DNA of 64,000 nucleotides from an uncultured delta proteobacterium (GTDB lineage Bacteria; Myxococcota; UBA727; VGSZ01): NCBI GenBank assembly GCA_963775425.1, contig CAVZJB010000016.1, positions 256,001 to 320,000 of the forward strand, read 5' to 3'. Shown piece by piece: positions 34,500 to 43,598 of this stretch (position 1 is its first letter; each line of letters starts with the position of its first letter). The notes under the pieces were generated by a model. It saw only the letters and a program-made list of their open reading frames with translations, ran no database searches and was not told where the DNA came from. The position numbers and the translations under genes were made by a program.

Positions 34500-35249
34500 T
34501 CACCGGCCTGCGGCGAGGGCGTACACGCCAAGCGCGTCGAGGCGCGCCACCGACGCCCGGCGGGAGGCGCGCCAGTCGGGGCCGTAGCTCGGGAACAGCG
34601 CCGCGTCGTACGGCGGCGGTGCGCCGTCGGGGAAGATGTCCGCGAAGTAGGCGCGCACCGCGGCGATCCCGTCGGCGTCGTCGCGCGGATCGCTCACGAA
34701 GTCCGCGCGCCACTGCCGGCGCACGCCGCCGCCGGCGCTCGCGTGGCGGAGGTGCTCGTCGAACAGGATGACGTCGCCGGGCGTGGTCGGGAGCGAGACC
34801 CAGTCTGCCGGCGCGGCGCGGTGGGAGCCGGGGAGGACGCGCAGCGCGCCCGAGGTGTCGTCGAGCGGCTCGAGGTACGCGGCCACGCCGACGCTCGCCA
34901 CCGGACGAACGCTGTCGACGTGCGCCGGGGTGTCGCCCGTGTATCGCACGCCCTTGGCGCGCGTGGGGACGACGGGCCCGCCGAGGAGCGCCGCGGCGAC
35001 GGGCTCGAGCGCGTCGAGGAGCGCGAGGCTGCGCGGCGTCCGCGCGCACATCATCGGCACGTACGCGACCTGCACCGCGCCGCCCTCGACGGCGGCGGCG
35101 AACGCGCCCGCGCACCCCGCGTCGAGCGCGGCGTCGACCTCCTCGGCGAGCGCACGCGCGTCGAAGAACCCGCGCAGCACCGTCAGCCCGCGCGCGTGGA
35201 AGGACTCGACGTCGAGCATCGGGGACGAGAGCGCCGCTGGCGTTGACAC
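34500..35249 (-). CDS. Phytanoyl-CoA dioxygenase (PhyH)-like Fe/2OG oxygenase
   Basis: FHARGLTVLRGFF, HVD, GALRVLPGSH, PGDVILFDEHLRHAS, R; alternative start ATG 35219. Confidence 0.8.
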   Translation of the reverse strand: MSTPAALSSPMLDVESFHARGLTVLRGFFDARALAEEVDAALDAGCAGAFAAAVEGGAVQVAYVPMMCARTPRSLALLDALEPVAAALLGGPVVPTRAKGVRYTGDTPAHVDSVRPVASVGVAAYLEPLDDTSGALRVLPGSHRAAPADWVSLPTTPGDVILFDEHLRHASAGGGVRRQWRADFVSDPRDDADGIAAVRAYFADIFPDGAPPPYDAALFPSYGPDWRASRRASVARLDALGVYALAAGR

Positions 35250-35267
35250 GACGACGACCGGCGGCGG

Positions 35268-35606
35268 TTACGCGGTGCGGAGGAGCGCGACCGCGTCCAT
35301 CAGGTGGGCGATGGCCGCCACGTCGCCGGCGAGGTGCAGGCGCCTGGTCACGATGCCGTCGTCGGCGCTCATGCGGCCCTCGACGAGGGCCATGAAGTCG
35401 CGCTCCGCGGCGCGCACGATGACCTTGGGCTGCGCCGGCGACGGCCCCGCGGTCACCGTGCGGGCGCCGAAGTCGACGACCCAGGTGCCTCCCTCGGCGC
35501 CGGCGATCTCGAAGAGCACCGGCCCCGCGATGTCGACGGACGCCGACTGCACCAGCGCCGGCACCGCGGTCTCGAACAGCTCTTTGGTCGTTTGCGTGTA
35601 CGGCAT
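35268..35606 (-). CDS. SCP2 sterol/lipid-binding domain protein
   Basis: FEIAGAEGGTWVVDF, DFMALVEGRM, RLHLAGDV. Confidence 0.85.
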   Translation of the reverse strand: MPYTQTTKELFETAVPALVQSASVDIAGPVLFEIAGAEGGTWVVDFGARTVTAGPSPAQPKVIVRAAERDFMALVEGRMSADDGIVTRRLHLAGDVAAIAHLMDAVALLRTA

Positions 35607-35619
35607 GGTTCCATCCGAA

Positions 35620-35641
35620 GCGGGGGCGAGCCCCGCCCTAC
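35620..35641 (-). repeat. GTAG-type REP-like palindrome overlapping the dikinase stop codon
   Basis: GTAGGGCGGGGCTCGCCCCCGC; similar to 50208-50231. Confidence 0.5.
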
Positions 35642-38600
35642 TTGTCCATCAAGATGACGCGGGCCTGGACGATGCGCCACTCCCCGTTTTGCCGGGCGAC
35701 CTCCATGTCGACGGCGTAGCCCTTGCCCGGCTCGACGACGTCATGGAAGAACTTCTCGGTCTCGAGCACGATCTCGCGCAGCTTCTGCATGTCCGCGTCG
35801 GACACCGGGACGCCGCCCACCGTGACCGAGGCGTCGACGTCGGCGGGCGTGCCGTCGACGTGGTTCACCTCGGCCCCGCCCTGCTTGATGACGCCCTCGG
35901 TGGCCTTGCCGCCATCGACGCCGCCGCCGAAGCCCTTCACGAGCTGGAACGTGACCTGGTTGCGGGCGCCGTTTTCGACGTTGCGCGAGATCATCACGCC
36001 GGAGATGTCCGGCGTCATGCACGCCTGCACCACCACGGTGGGCCCGATGTGCTTCAGGAAGAACTGCTCGGCCGCGTTGTTCTCGACGGGCTCGGGCATC
36101 CACGTGGACTCGACGACACCGATGGCCGCCTTCACGCGCGCCGGACCCATGAACGCGTTGTGCGCCTCGAGCGCCTTCTTGAGCGCGGCGGGGTCGCCGC
36201 TGTGGCGCGCCGCGTCCAGCTTGGCGAACTCCGCGTCGACCTTGTCCTTGCCGAGCATCTCGTTGGCGATCTTGCGATCGACGTAGCTCTCGTACTGGCC
36301 GGCGCCGCTCTTCCCGGGCCTGTCCTCGCCGGTGAAGCTAGAGCGGAAGATGATGGACCCCGTCTCCGCCTCCGACAGCGCGGGGTTCTTCATGATGTTC
36401 TTGTAGAGGGCCTCGCCCTGCGGCGTGAGCTTGCCCGACGCGGAGTCGATCAGGCTCCTCGTCAAGCCCTCGCGCGTCACCTTCTGGAGCTCTTCCCGCG
36501 TGCGCTTGCGGTAGCGCGGGTTCGTGTAGAACTCGCTCTGCAGGAAGTTCCTGTCGTCGACGACACCGACCTTGGGATCCTTGTCCCAGACGTCGTCCCA
36601 GGCCTGCTCGAGGGTGCGCCCGTCGACGAGCTTGGCGCCGCGCAACATGTCGCGGATGTCGCCGGGCGTGATCTCGCTGCCCTTGGGGACGTACTTGCCG
36701 AGCACCGGGTGCTGCGACAGGAGCGCGAGCACCGTGCCCTTCTCGCCCGCGAGGTGGCGCGCGCGCACACCGAGCTTGGCGAGCTCCTCGAACGTGGGCA
36801 CGCCGCGACCGATGCCCTTCACCTGCTCCTCGGGGATGTACAGCTCCACCTCACGCGTCTTGCGCTGCGCGTTGATGATGGCGTCGTGCTTGGCGGCCAC
36901 GGCGAAGGACTCGCCGTCGCTGGTGGGCTTGAGGTACGTGATCTTGCGGTTGACGCCGGGGCGCAGCTTGTCGAGCGCCTCCTGGGTGTTCCCGACGCGG
37001 CCCTCTTCGCGCGCCTTGTCGAGCGTCATCATCACGAAGCCGTCGCCGCTGTCGTCGACGTAGAGGCCGCCCTCCTTCTGCGCGTTCTTGAACAGCTCGG
37101 CGTATTTGGTGCGCAGCTCGGGCAACGCCACCACGGGGATGCCGTTGTTCATCGCGTACATGTTCAGGTGGCTGTTGCCGCCCGGGGCCTGCTCGGTGTC
37201 GACGAAGAGGCCGCCGACGGCGACCATCTTCTTCTCCTCCAGGTGATAGAGCACCGCGAGCTGGTCCTTGCTCGTGCCCATGGCTGCGAGGTCCTTGCCG
37301 TTCTCCGCCGTCACCACCGAGGTGAACACCACGGGGCCGATGCCGTTCAACACGCGCATGCCCTCGACGTTCTCCACCTTCCTCGGCCCGATCTTTTCGT
37401 GAAGCCCGACGCGCATGCCCTTCTCGGCGAGCGCGGTGGCGTAGTGAAGCGGCGACTGCTTGATGAACTGATCGATGAACTCCGGGTCGATCTGCATGCC
37501 GCCGCGGGCCACCTCGGCGGCGCGCTCGTCGGCGAAGGCGCGGATGTTCTGCACCACTTCGCGCACGGCGACGTACGCCGTGGACATGGCCTTGCGGTAG
37601 TCGTCCTCGCTGCACTTGCCCTTGGCGAGCAGCGCGTCGACGCCGGCGAGCGCCTTTTGCAGCCCGCCGGCGGGGGCGGCGGCGGCGTCGGCGTCGGAGC
37701 GGATGTCGCCGAGGCCGCTGGCGACGGCGGAGCGCAGCGCGGTCTGGAGCGCCAGGAGGCACTCGGCCTTGTCGCCGTCGGTCTTGAGGGTGCCGACGCG
37801 GTCGACGGCGGCGCCCAGGTGCTCGTTGGTGAGCCGCAGGAGCTGCGCGTCGAGCTTGATCATCTCGTGGCGCTCGAACCCGCTCTTGGCCTGGTAGATG
37901 GCGTCCTTGAGCGCGAGCCGCGCCTCACCGAGCTCGCGCAGGGTGCCCTTGTCGTTCTTGGCGTCCAGGGCCGCGATGACGTCGGCGACCTCGGTGTAGG
38001 CGGGGCCGGCGCGGAAGAGGTCGTGCTCGAGGGTCGCCGCCGTGGGTTGGCCGGCGCAGACGGCGACGTAGGTGCGCGCCGCCATCTCGATGTTGGCCTC
38101 GACGTTGTGGCCGAGGTCCTTGGTGCACGTCCCCTTGAGCAGATCGCGCAGGCCGTCGGCGAGCGCGGGGAGCTGTTCGGGCTTGTTGCTCCCGGCCGAC
38201 AGCGCCTCGAGGCCTTCGGCGAGCTTCTTGCCCGAAGCGTCGCCCGTCTTGAGCGCGGCCGTGGCGAACGCGAGGGCCTTGCCCGCCTGCTCGCCGTCCC
38301 CCTTGCGCGCCGCCCCCATCGCGCTCGTGAGCGCCGTGAAGATCGTGCAGCGCTTGTCCCGCGGCCCGACGGGGAACATCCACTCCTCGATGAAGAGCTG
38401 GATGTTCCTCGGCGTATCGCGCGAGAAGTTGTGGTGGATGGAGGAGTACGGCGACGCGGTGGCGCCCGGCGGCTTCTCCTTCCACACCCACTTCGTGGGG
38501 CTGCCGTACGACGTCTCGCGCTCGGCGGTGCGGCCCTGGTCCGTGAGGATGGACGAGATGGCGTTGCGGGCCTCGAAGATGCCGTTGGTGGACGAGATGG

Positions 38601-39408
38601 GGTGCGAGGAGATGAGCTCGCGCAGCAGGGCGTAGTCGCGGCCGCTCTGGGCGTCGCCCTTGGTGAGGTCCACGCCGGACAGGAGCACGTGCTGCTCCGC
38701 GAGGATGGCGAGGCCGAAGCGGTCGATGCGGGTGGTCCAGCCGTCCTCGCGCTGGTTGGCGACGTCGGTGCGGGCGCGGAACTGCAGGAGCGCGTCCATC
38801 ATGGCGTCGTCGCGCAGCGCGCCGTTGGGGATGAGCCCGAGGCCGACCACGGACATGTCGGACACGTCGAAGAAGTGGGAGGTGCCGGCGACGAGGTCCT
38901 CGGCCCGCTTCTTCTGCTTGGTGACGCGCCCCTCGTACTCGCGCTGGAGGATGTCGGCGGTGACGGTGTTGTTGTTGAACGGCTTGTACCAGTCGAACTG
39001 GCCGGCGCCCTCGAGCGTGTACTCCTTCTCGTCGGTGGCCCGGAGGAAGTCGATGTCCTTGCCCACCTCGTCGGAGATCTTGCGCAGCGTGGCCTCATCC
39101 ACCGCGAAGCCGCTCTTGTCCGCGATCAGGGTGGAGACGGCGCTGCGGCGCTCGGTGACGGCCGGATCGCCCTTGCCACGGCCCTCGAGGCCCATCTTGC
39201 CGTCGCGATCCTTGTGCTGCGTGACCACGTCGATGAGCTTCTGCGCGGCCGTCCGCGCCGCCGCGTCGCGCTCGGCCGCGGGGACGGCGGCGGGCGGGGT
39301 CACGTCGATGGTGGCGGGCGTCTCGGAGGTCGCCGGCTTGTCGGTCCCCGTGGGCTTGTCGGGGGTCTGCGGCACCTGCGGCCGGAAGCGGTCGTTGATC
39401 GTGGGCAT
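35638..39408 (-). CDS. PEP/pyruvate-binding-domain (dikinase) protein with substrate domain - phospho-His domain - ATP-grasp order
   Basis: GNSHLNMYAMNNGIPVV (His domain) precedes AGEKG, FRSSFTGED, SGAGQYES, VVVQ, SGVMIS, DME, IVQAR (PPDK_N ATP-grasp); AGGA RBS. Confidence 0.88.
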   Translation of the reverse strand: MPTINDRFRPQVPQTPDKPTGTDKPATSETPATIDVTPPAAVPAAERDAAARTAAQKLIDVVTQHKDRDGKMGLEGRGKGDPAVTERRSAVSTLIADKSGFAVDEATLRKISDEVGKDIDFLRATDEKEYTLEGAGQFDWYKPFNNNTVTADILQREYEGRVTKQKKRAEDLVAGTSHFFDVSDMSVVGLGLIPNGALRDDAMMDALLQFRARTDVANQREDGWTTRIDRFGLAILAEQHVLLSGVDLTKGDAQSGRDYALLRELISSHPISSTNGIFEARNAISSILTDQGRTAERETSYGSPTKWVWKEKPPGATASPYSSIHHNFSRDTPRNIQLFIEEWMFPVGPRDKRCTIFTALTSAMGAARKGDGEQAGKALAFATAALKTGDASGKKLAEGLEALSAGSNKPEQLPALADGLRDLLKGTCTKDLGHNVEANIEMAARTYVAVCAGQPTAATLEHDLFRAGPAYTEVADVIAALDAKNDKGTLRELGEARLALKDAIYQAKSGFERHEMIKLDAQLLRLTNEHLGAAVDRVGTLKTDGDKAECLLALQTALRSAVASGLGDIRSDADAAAAPAGGLQKALAGVDALLAKGKCSEDDYRKAMSTAYVAVREVVQNIRAFADERAAEVARGGMQIDPEFIDQFIKQSPLHYATALAEKGMRVGLHEKIGPRKVENVEGMRVLNGIGPVVFTSVVTAENGKDLAAMGTSKDQLAVLYHLEEKKMVAVGGLFVDTEQAPGGNSHLNMYAMNNGIPVVALPELRTKYAELFKNAQKEGGLYVDDSGDGFVMMTLDKAREEGRVGNTQEALDKLRPGVNRKITYLKPTSDGESFAVAAKHDAIINAQRKTREVELYIPEEQVKGIGRGVPTFEELAKLGVRARHLAGEKGTVLALLSQHPVLGKYVPKGSEITPGDIRDMLRGAKLVDGRTLEQAWDDVWDKDPKVGVVDDRNFLQSEFYTNPRYRKRTREELQKVTREGLTRSLIDSASGKLTPQGEALYKNIMKNPALSEAETGSIIFRSSFTGEDRPGKSGAGQYESYVDRKIANEMLGKDKVDAEFAKLDAARHSGDPAALKKALEAHNAFMGPARVKAAIGVVESTWMPEPVENNAAEQFFLKHIGPTVVVQACMTPDISGVMISRNVENGARNQVTFQLVKGFGGGVDGGKATEGVIKQGGAEVNHVDGTPADVDASVTVGGVPVSDADMQKLREIVLETEKFFHDVVEPGKGYAVDMEVARQNGEWRIVQARVILMDK

Positions 39409-39494
39409 GGTCCTGGATTTATCAGGAACTTTGCCGATTTGGCCGTGCGCCAAACACGCCCCGGGCGGGATAGAACGAGGGCCGGAGGTTCCAG

Positions 39495-39719
39495 ATGGAC
39501 TGGGAGAAGAAGTGTGGCGTGTGGACGGTGCACTCGGAGCGCGAGAGCCACCCGACCCTGCGCGGCTTCGCCAGGAGCAAGGGCGAGGCGGAGACCCTGA
39601 TGAACAAGCTCAAGGGCGGTGACGCCGACGCCGGCATCACGGAGTACTGGGTCCTCGAAATCACCAACGGCGAGCTCGACGACTTCCGCCAATTCGGAAT
39701 GCTTCCCCCGGGGTTCTAA
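39495..39719 (+). CDS. Small hypothetical protein (74 aa)
   Basis: GGAGG RBS; stop 3 nt before next ATG; protein-like composition. Confidence 0.75.
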   Translation: MDWEKKCGVWTVHSERESHPTLRGFARSKGEAETLMNKLKGGDADAGITEYWVLEITNGELDDFRQFGMLPPGF

Positions 39720-39722
39720 ACC

Positions 39723-41414
39723 ATGCCGCGCATCCAAAAGCCCGCTCTCCAGACCATGTACGACAAGCTGACCCGCTCACCGGGCCAGCGGCTCGACCTC
39801 GACGAGCTGGTCTCCATCGTCGGCGACAAGAAGGTCCTCGGCTTCACCACCACCACCTCGGCGGCCGTGGCACGCACGCTCGAGAGGGGCAATCTCAGCG
39901 CCGCCGAGAAGCTCGAGCTCGCCAAGGCCGGCCTGGACGAGGGCGAGAAGGCGGACCTGAGGGAGCTGTTGAACGACGACGCGTTCAAAAAGACGCTCGA
40001 CCCGGCCGCCACCAACTTCCTCCGCGCCCTCCTCGGCCTCGAGGCGCTCGCGCACACCCCGTCGGGCGGCCCGGCGTCCGGCGGCGCCGCGGACGTCCAC
40101 AAGGCGCCCGAGATCGTCGCCGACAAGAACGCGCCCGAGGTCATCGCGGCCACCAAGCTGCGCGAGCTCATCAAGAGCGGCGACCTGCAGAAGTACTACG
40201 ACGCGTCCATCGGCGCCGTCGACGACCCCGCGCTGAAGGCGGAGGCGGAGGCGCTGTTCAAGCAGCTCCCCGTCGTGAAGCCCGGCATGGCGGCGACGGA
40301 CTTCGTGAAGGCCGGCCTGTGGGCCAAGGCGCCGCAGGGCATCGAGGAGATGCAGAAGTCTGCGCGCTACCTTCCGGGCCGCCAGGTCCTCGTGGAGACC
40401 ACCTGCTACGCCAAGGTCCCCGCGCGCAGCGACGTCACCTACGAGACCCAGCGCAAGAAGATCGGCTCCTACGACCCCAACGGCAAGCTGGCCGTCACCT
40501 ACCGCGCCACCCTCGTGGGCGCCGACCCCAACAACGACAAGAACTTCCTCGTGAAGGTCGACGGCTCCGACAAGCCCATCTCGGTGACGAAGGCGAGCAT
40601 CTTCGAGCACAACCAGCCGCACGAGCTGGGCAAGGAGTACATCAAGTCCGACACGCACCGCGAGCTCCCCTACAACTGGACCACGTGGGACATGGACTAC
40701 GCGTCGCCGCTGGCGCGCGCGAAGCTGTGCGAGGTCGCCATCAAGATGGACGAGCTCGTGGGCAAGCTGGACTTCAGCAAGCAGAAGACCGAGGGCGGCA
40801 GCGGCATCAACGTCTTCGGCCGCGGCGACGTGGCGCAGAAGATGGTGGACCTGCAGAAGAAGTGCGTGGAGACCGTCTTCCGCTCCATCAACATGAAGTA
40901 CCCGCGTGAGGACGGCCGGCCCTTCGACGACCCCGGCCGCGCTCCCCAGGGCAACCGCGACGTCGCGCGCCAGGCCATCAAGGGCACGGGCATGTGCGTG
41001 CAGCAGTCCACCGTGTTCGGCGGCCTGATGACCCCGTTCATGGAGGTCCTCGGCGTCGACGGGCAGTACCGCTCCGGCAACTGCTACCGCAACATCCGCG
41101 GCGCCACCGACAACGTCTACGCGCCCGACTACGCGTCCGGCCACGGCTGGTGGCAGATCACGTTCCGCCCCTCGATGGACATGACGGTCACGGACAGGAC
41201 GTGGAACCAGGTCAACCTGGACCTCGACCGCGCCTACGGCTTCCCCTACGGCGACCGCTACGCCAACAAGAACATCACCGGCTTTCACCCCAAAAAACCG
41301 AGCGCCACCGACGTCAACGTCACCGGCGACGTCACGGTGGAGACGGTGGAGAGACAGTTCTCCCACGCCGGCGACGGCCGCGAGAACCACATCAGCCACA
41401 GCCAGGATCCCTGA
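39723..41414 (+). CDS. Hypothetical protein with C-terminal transglutaminase-like Cys-His-Asp domain
   Basis: GTGMCVQQS, GHGWWQITF, VTDRTWNQ in papain/TGase-like order; strong GC3 codon bias; no signal peptide. Confidence 0.75.
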   Translation: MPRIQKPALQTMYDKLTRSPGQRLDLDELVSIVGDKKVLGFTTTTSAAVARTLERGNLSAAEKLELAKAGLDEGEKADLRELLNDDAFKKTLDPAATNFLRALLGLEALAHTPSGGPASGGAADVHKAPEIVADKNAPEVIAATKLRELIKSGDLQKYYDASIGAVDDPALKAEAEALFKQLPVVKPGMAATDFVKAGLWAKAPQGIEEMQKSARYLPGRQVLVETTCYAKVPARSDVTYETQRKKIGSYDPNGKLAVTYRATLVGADPNNDKNFLVKVDGSDKPISVTKASIFEHNQPHELGKEYIKSDTHRELPYNWTTWDMDYASPLARAKLCEVAIKMDELVGKLDFSKQKTEGGSGINVFGRGDVAQKMVDLQKKCVETVFRSINMKYPREDGRPFDDPGRAPQGNRDVARQAIKGTGMCVQQSTVFGGLMTPFMEVLGVDGQYRSGNCYRNIRGATDNVYAPDYASGHGWWQITFRPSMDMTVTDRTWNQVNLDLDRAYGFPYGDRYANKNITGFHPKKPSATDVNVTGDVTVETVERQFSHAGDGRENHISHSQDP

Positions 41415-41479
41415 CGCGCAGGCGCGGCTTTGTCGGGGGGCCGACAGACGGCGGCGGCGGGGGCGGCGATGCTCTGTGC

Positions 41480-42001
41480 ATGCGCTCCCTCACCGACCAC
41501 CTCTCGAGCTATGCCGCCTACCACCGGGACCCGCGGAACATCGCCACCCACTTCGTGGGCATCCCGATGATCATGGTCGCCGTCGCCACGCTGCTCGCCC
41601 GCCCGGCGATCGCGGTGGGGCCGGTGCCCCTGTCGCCCGCCGTGCTGCTCATCCTCGGCGTGCTCGTGTTCTACGCCCGGCTCGACCGCCGCTTCGCCCT
41701 GGTGATGACGGTCATCCTCGGCGGCACGGGGGTGCTGGCGAGCTTCCTCGCGGCGCAATCGACGGCGGTGTGGCTCGGGGCGGGCCTCGGCCTGTTCGTC
41801 GTCGGCTGGATCATCCAGTTCGTCGGCCACTTCTTCGAGGGCCGCAAGCCGGCGTTCGTGGACGACCTCGTCGGCCTCGTCGTCGGCCCGCTCTTCGTCG
41901 TCGCCGAGGCGGGCTTCGCGGCCGGCTTCCGCGAAGAGGTGAAGGAAGAGATCGAGCGCCGGTCCGGCCCCGTGCGCCTGCGTGAAGCCGCCCCGGGCTG
42001 A
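41480..42001 (+). CDS. DUF962/Mpo1-like membrane protein
   Basis: YAAYHRDPRNIATHFVGIP, GWIIQFVGHFFEGRKPAFVDD. Confidence 0.92.
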   Translation: MRSLTDHLSSYAAYHRDPRNIATHFVGIPMIMVAVATLLARPAIAVGPVPLSPAVLLILGVLVFYARLDRRFALVMTVILGGTGVLASFLAAQSTAVWLGAGLGLFVVGWIIQFVGHFFEGRKPAFVDDLVGLVVGPLFVVAEAGFAAGFREEVKEEIERRSGPVRLREAAPG

Positions 42002-42025
42002 TCCCGCGTCGGGTAGGATCGGCGC

Positions 42026-42712
42026 GTGGACGCCGGCGCGTATCGCGCGCTCCTGCTGCAGGGGCGCTGGTTCTCGGGGATCCCGGAGGCCTTCCAGGAG
42101 GCGCTCCTCGCGCGCGCGGTGGTCCGCGATTTCGCTTCGGGGGAGCGGCTGTTCTCGCGGGGGGACCCGCCCGGCGGCATCTACGCCGTCGTCGACGGCA
42201 TCGTCCGCATCACGGCGAGCACCGACGCGGGCAAGGAGGCGCTCCTCACGCTCCAGGAGCCGCCGGCGTGGTTCGGCGAAATCGCGGTGTTCGACGGCCA
42301 GGCCCGCACCCACGACGGCGTCGCCGACGGCGCCGCCCGCGTGCTCCACGTGCCCCAGGCCGCGATGGACGCGATCCTCTCCGCGCAGCCCGTGTGGTGG
42401 CGGGACCTCGCGCTCCTCGTCACCCAGAAGCTCCGGCTCATGTTCCTCGCGATGGAGGACGTCACCACGCAGCCCCTGCCCGCGCGGCTCGCCCGGCGGC
42501 TGTTGTTGATGGCCGAGGGCTACGGTGACTGGCACGCGCGAAAGCTGCGCGCCCTCGACGTCAAGCAGGAGCAGCTCGCGTCCATGCTCTCGACGTCGCG
42601 GCAGTCCGTGAACCAGGCGCTCAAGGACCTCGAGCAAAAGGGCGTCGTGAAGCTCGCCTACGGCCAGGTCGAGATCGTGGACCTCGACGCCCTGCGCGCG
42701 CTCGCGGCTTGA
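42026..42712 (+). CDS. Crp/Fnr-family transcriptional regulator
   Basis: WFGEIAVFDGQARTHD cNMP domain; QEQLASMLSTSRQSVNQALK HTH. Confidence 0.93.
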   Translation: MDAGAYRALLLQGRWFSGIPEAFQEALLARAVVRDFASGERLFSRGDPPGGIYAVVDGIVRITASTDAGKEALLTLQEPPAWFGEIAVFDGQARTHDGVADGAARVLHVPQAAMDAILSAQPVWWRDLALLVTQKLRLMFLAMEDVTTQPLPARLARRLLLMAEGYGDWHARKLRALDVKQEQLASMLSTSRQSVNQALKDLEQKGVVKLAYGQVEIVDLDALRALAA

Positions 42713-42742
42713 TCAAGCGCGGCCGCTCCCCCCGGTCGCTGA

Positions 42743-43594
42743 TCAGCGCGGACAGTTCTTGGCGGGGTGGACGGGGAACTTGGCCGGAGCGGCGGCCCAC
42801 GCCGCGTCGCCGCGGAGGGCGACGTCGGGCTCGGGCGAGGGCCAGCGCAGCTCCACGGGCTTTCCCTTCTTGAGCTCGACGCGGACGCCGTCGGCGGTGT
42901 GGTGGGCCGCGGTGATGGCGACGACGGCGTCGCCCTCGGAGAAGGCGCCCTGGCCGAGCAGGCTCTGGGCGAAGGCGATGCGGGGCGTGGGCTTGCCGCA
43001 GATCTCCTGCACGTAGCGGCGGCTGGGCACCCCCGACAGCACCGTGAACGACGGCGGCAGCGACGCCAGCGCCTGGCGGCTCGCGCGCGACAACACAGGG
43101 CCGGTGAACTGCGGGACGGGCGCGTGGTGCTGGGGGAAGCCGGCGAACAGCACGCGCTCGACGGCCGGGTCGCGCGGGCCGCGGGCGCGGATGACGTCGA
43201 GGTCGACCTGCACGTTGTCCCCCTCGGGCCGGACGCCGCGGACCACGCCCTCGGTGAGGAACAGCTCCTCGTAGCCGGGCAGGACCAGGGCGGTGACCAG
43301 CTCGTCGCCCTGCATCTCCACGAACGCCGAGGCGTACGCGATGTGCTCGACGTGATCGCGCACGCAGCTCTCGGTGCTGATGGAGCCCCGCAGCGACGGG
43401 CACGTGATGATCACGCGCTCGAAGTCGCGGGTGCGATCGATGAGCGCGTGCCGCGCCTCGAGGAACGCGCTCTTGAGCTCGGCGCGCACCGCCGCGGACT
43501 TTTCGTCATGGGCGTAGGCGCGGCGGGCGTCGCTGAGGGCGGCCTCGGGATCGATCGGGCCGGCGACGGCGAGCGAGAGCATCAGCGCGAGCAC
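42743..43594 (-). CDS. Secreted hypothetical protein
   Basis: Signal-like MLALMLSLAVAG; follows the upstream gene by 4 nt. Confidence 0.65.
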   Translation of the reverse strand: MLALMLSLAVAGPIDPEAALSDARRAYAHDEKSAAVRAELKSAFLEARHALIDRTRDFERVIITCPSLRGSISTESCVRDHVEHIAYASAFVEMQGDELVTALVLPGYEELFLTEGVVRGVRPEGDNVQVDLDVIRARGPRDPAVERVLFAGFPQHHAPVPQFTGPVLSRASRQALASLPPSFTVLSGVPSRRYVQEICGKPTPRIAFAQSLLGQGAFSEGDAVVAITAAHHTADGVRVELKKGKPVELRWPSPEPDVALRGDAAWAAAPAKFPVHPAKNCPR

Positions 43595-43598
43595 GGGT

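Noticed and set aside
35638-39408. Calling the large gene ppsA, ppdK or rph
   Set aside because: Domain order and the absent PEP-binding barrel do not fit any of them
39415-39445. Sigma28-like promoter (GCCGAT / CTGATAA)
   Set aside because: No convincing -35 TAAA box at the proper spacing
34768-39600. 1610-aa plus-strand ORF
   Set aside because: Antisense shadow of the dikinase, SCP2 and PhyH genes; no motifs; long stop-free antisense frames are expected at this GC content
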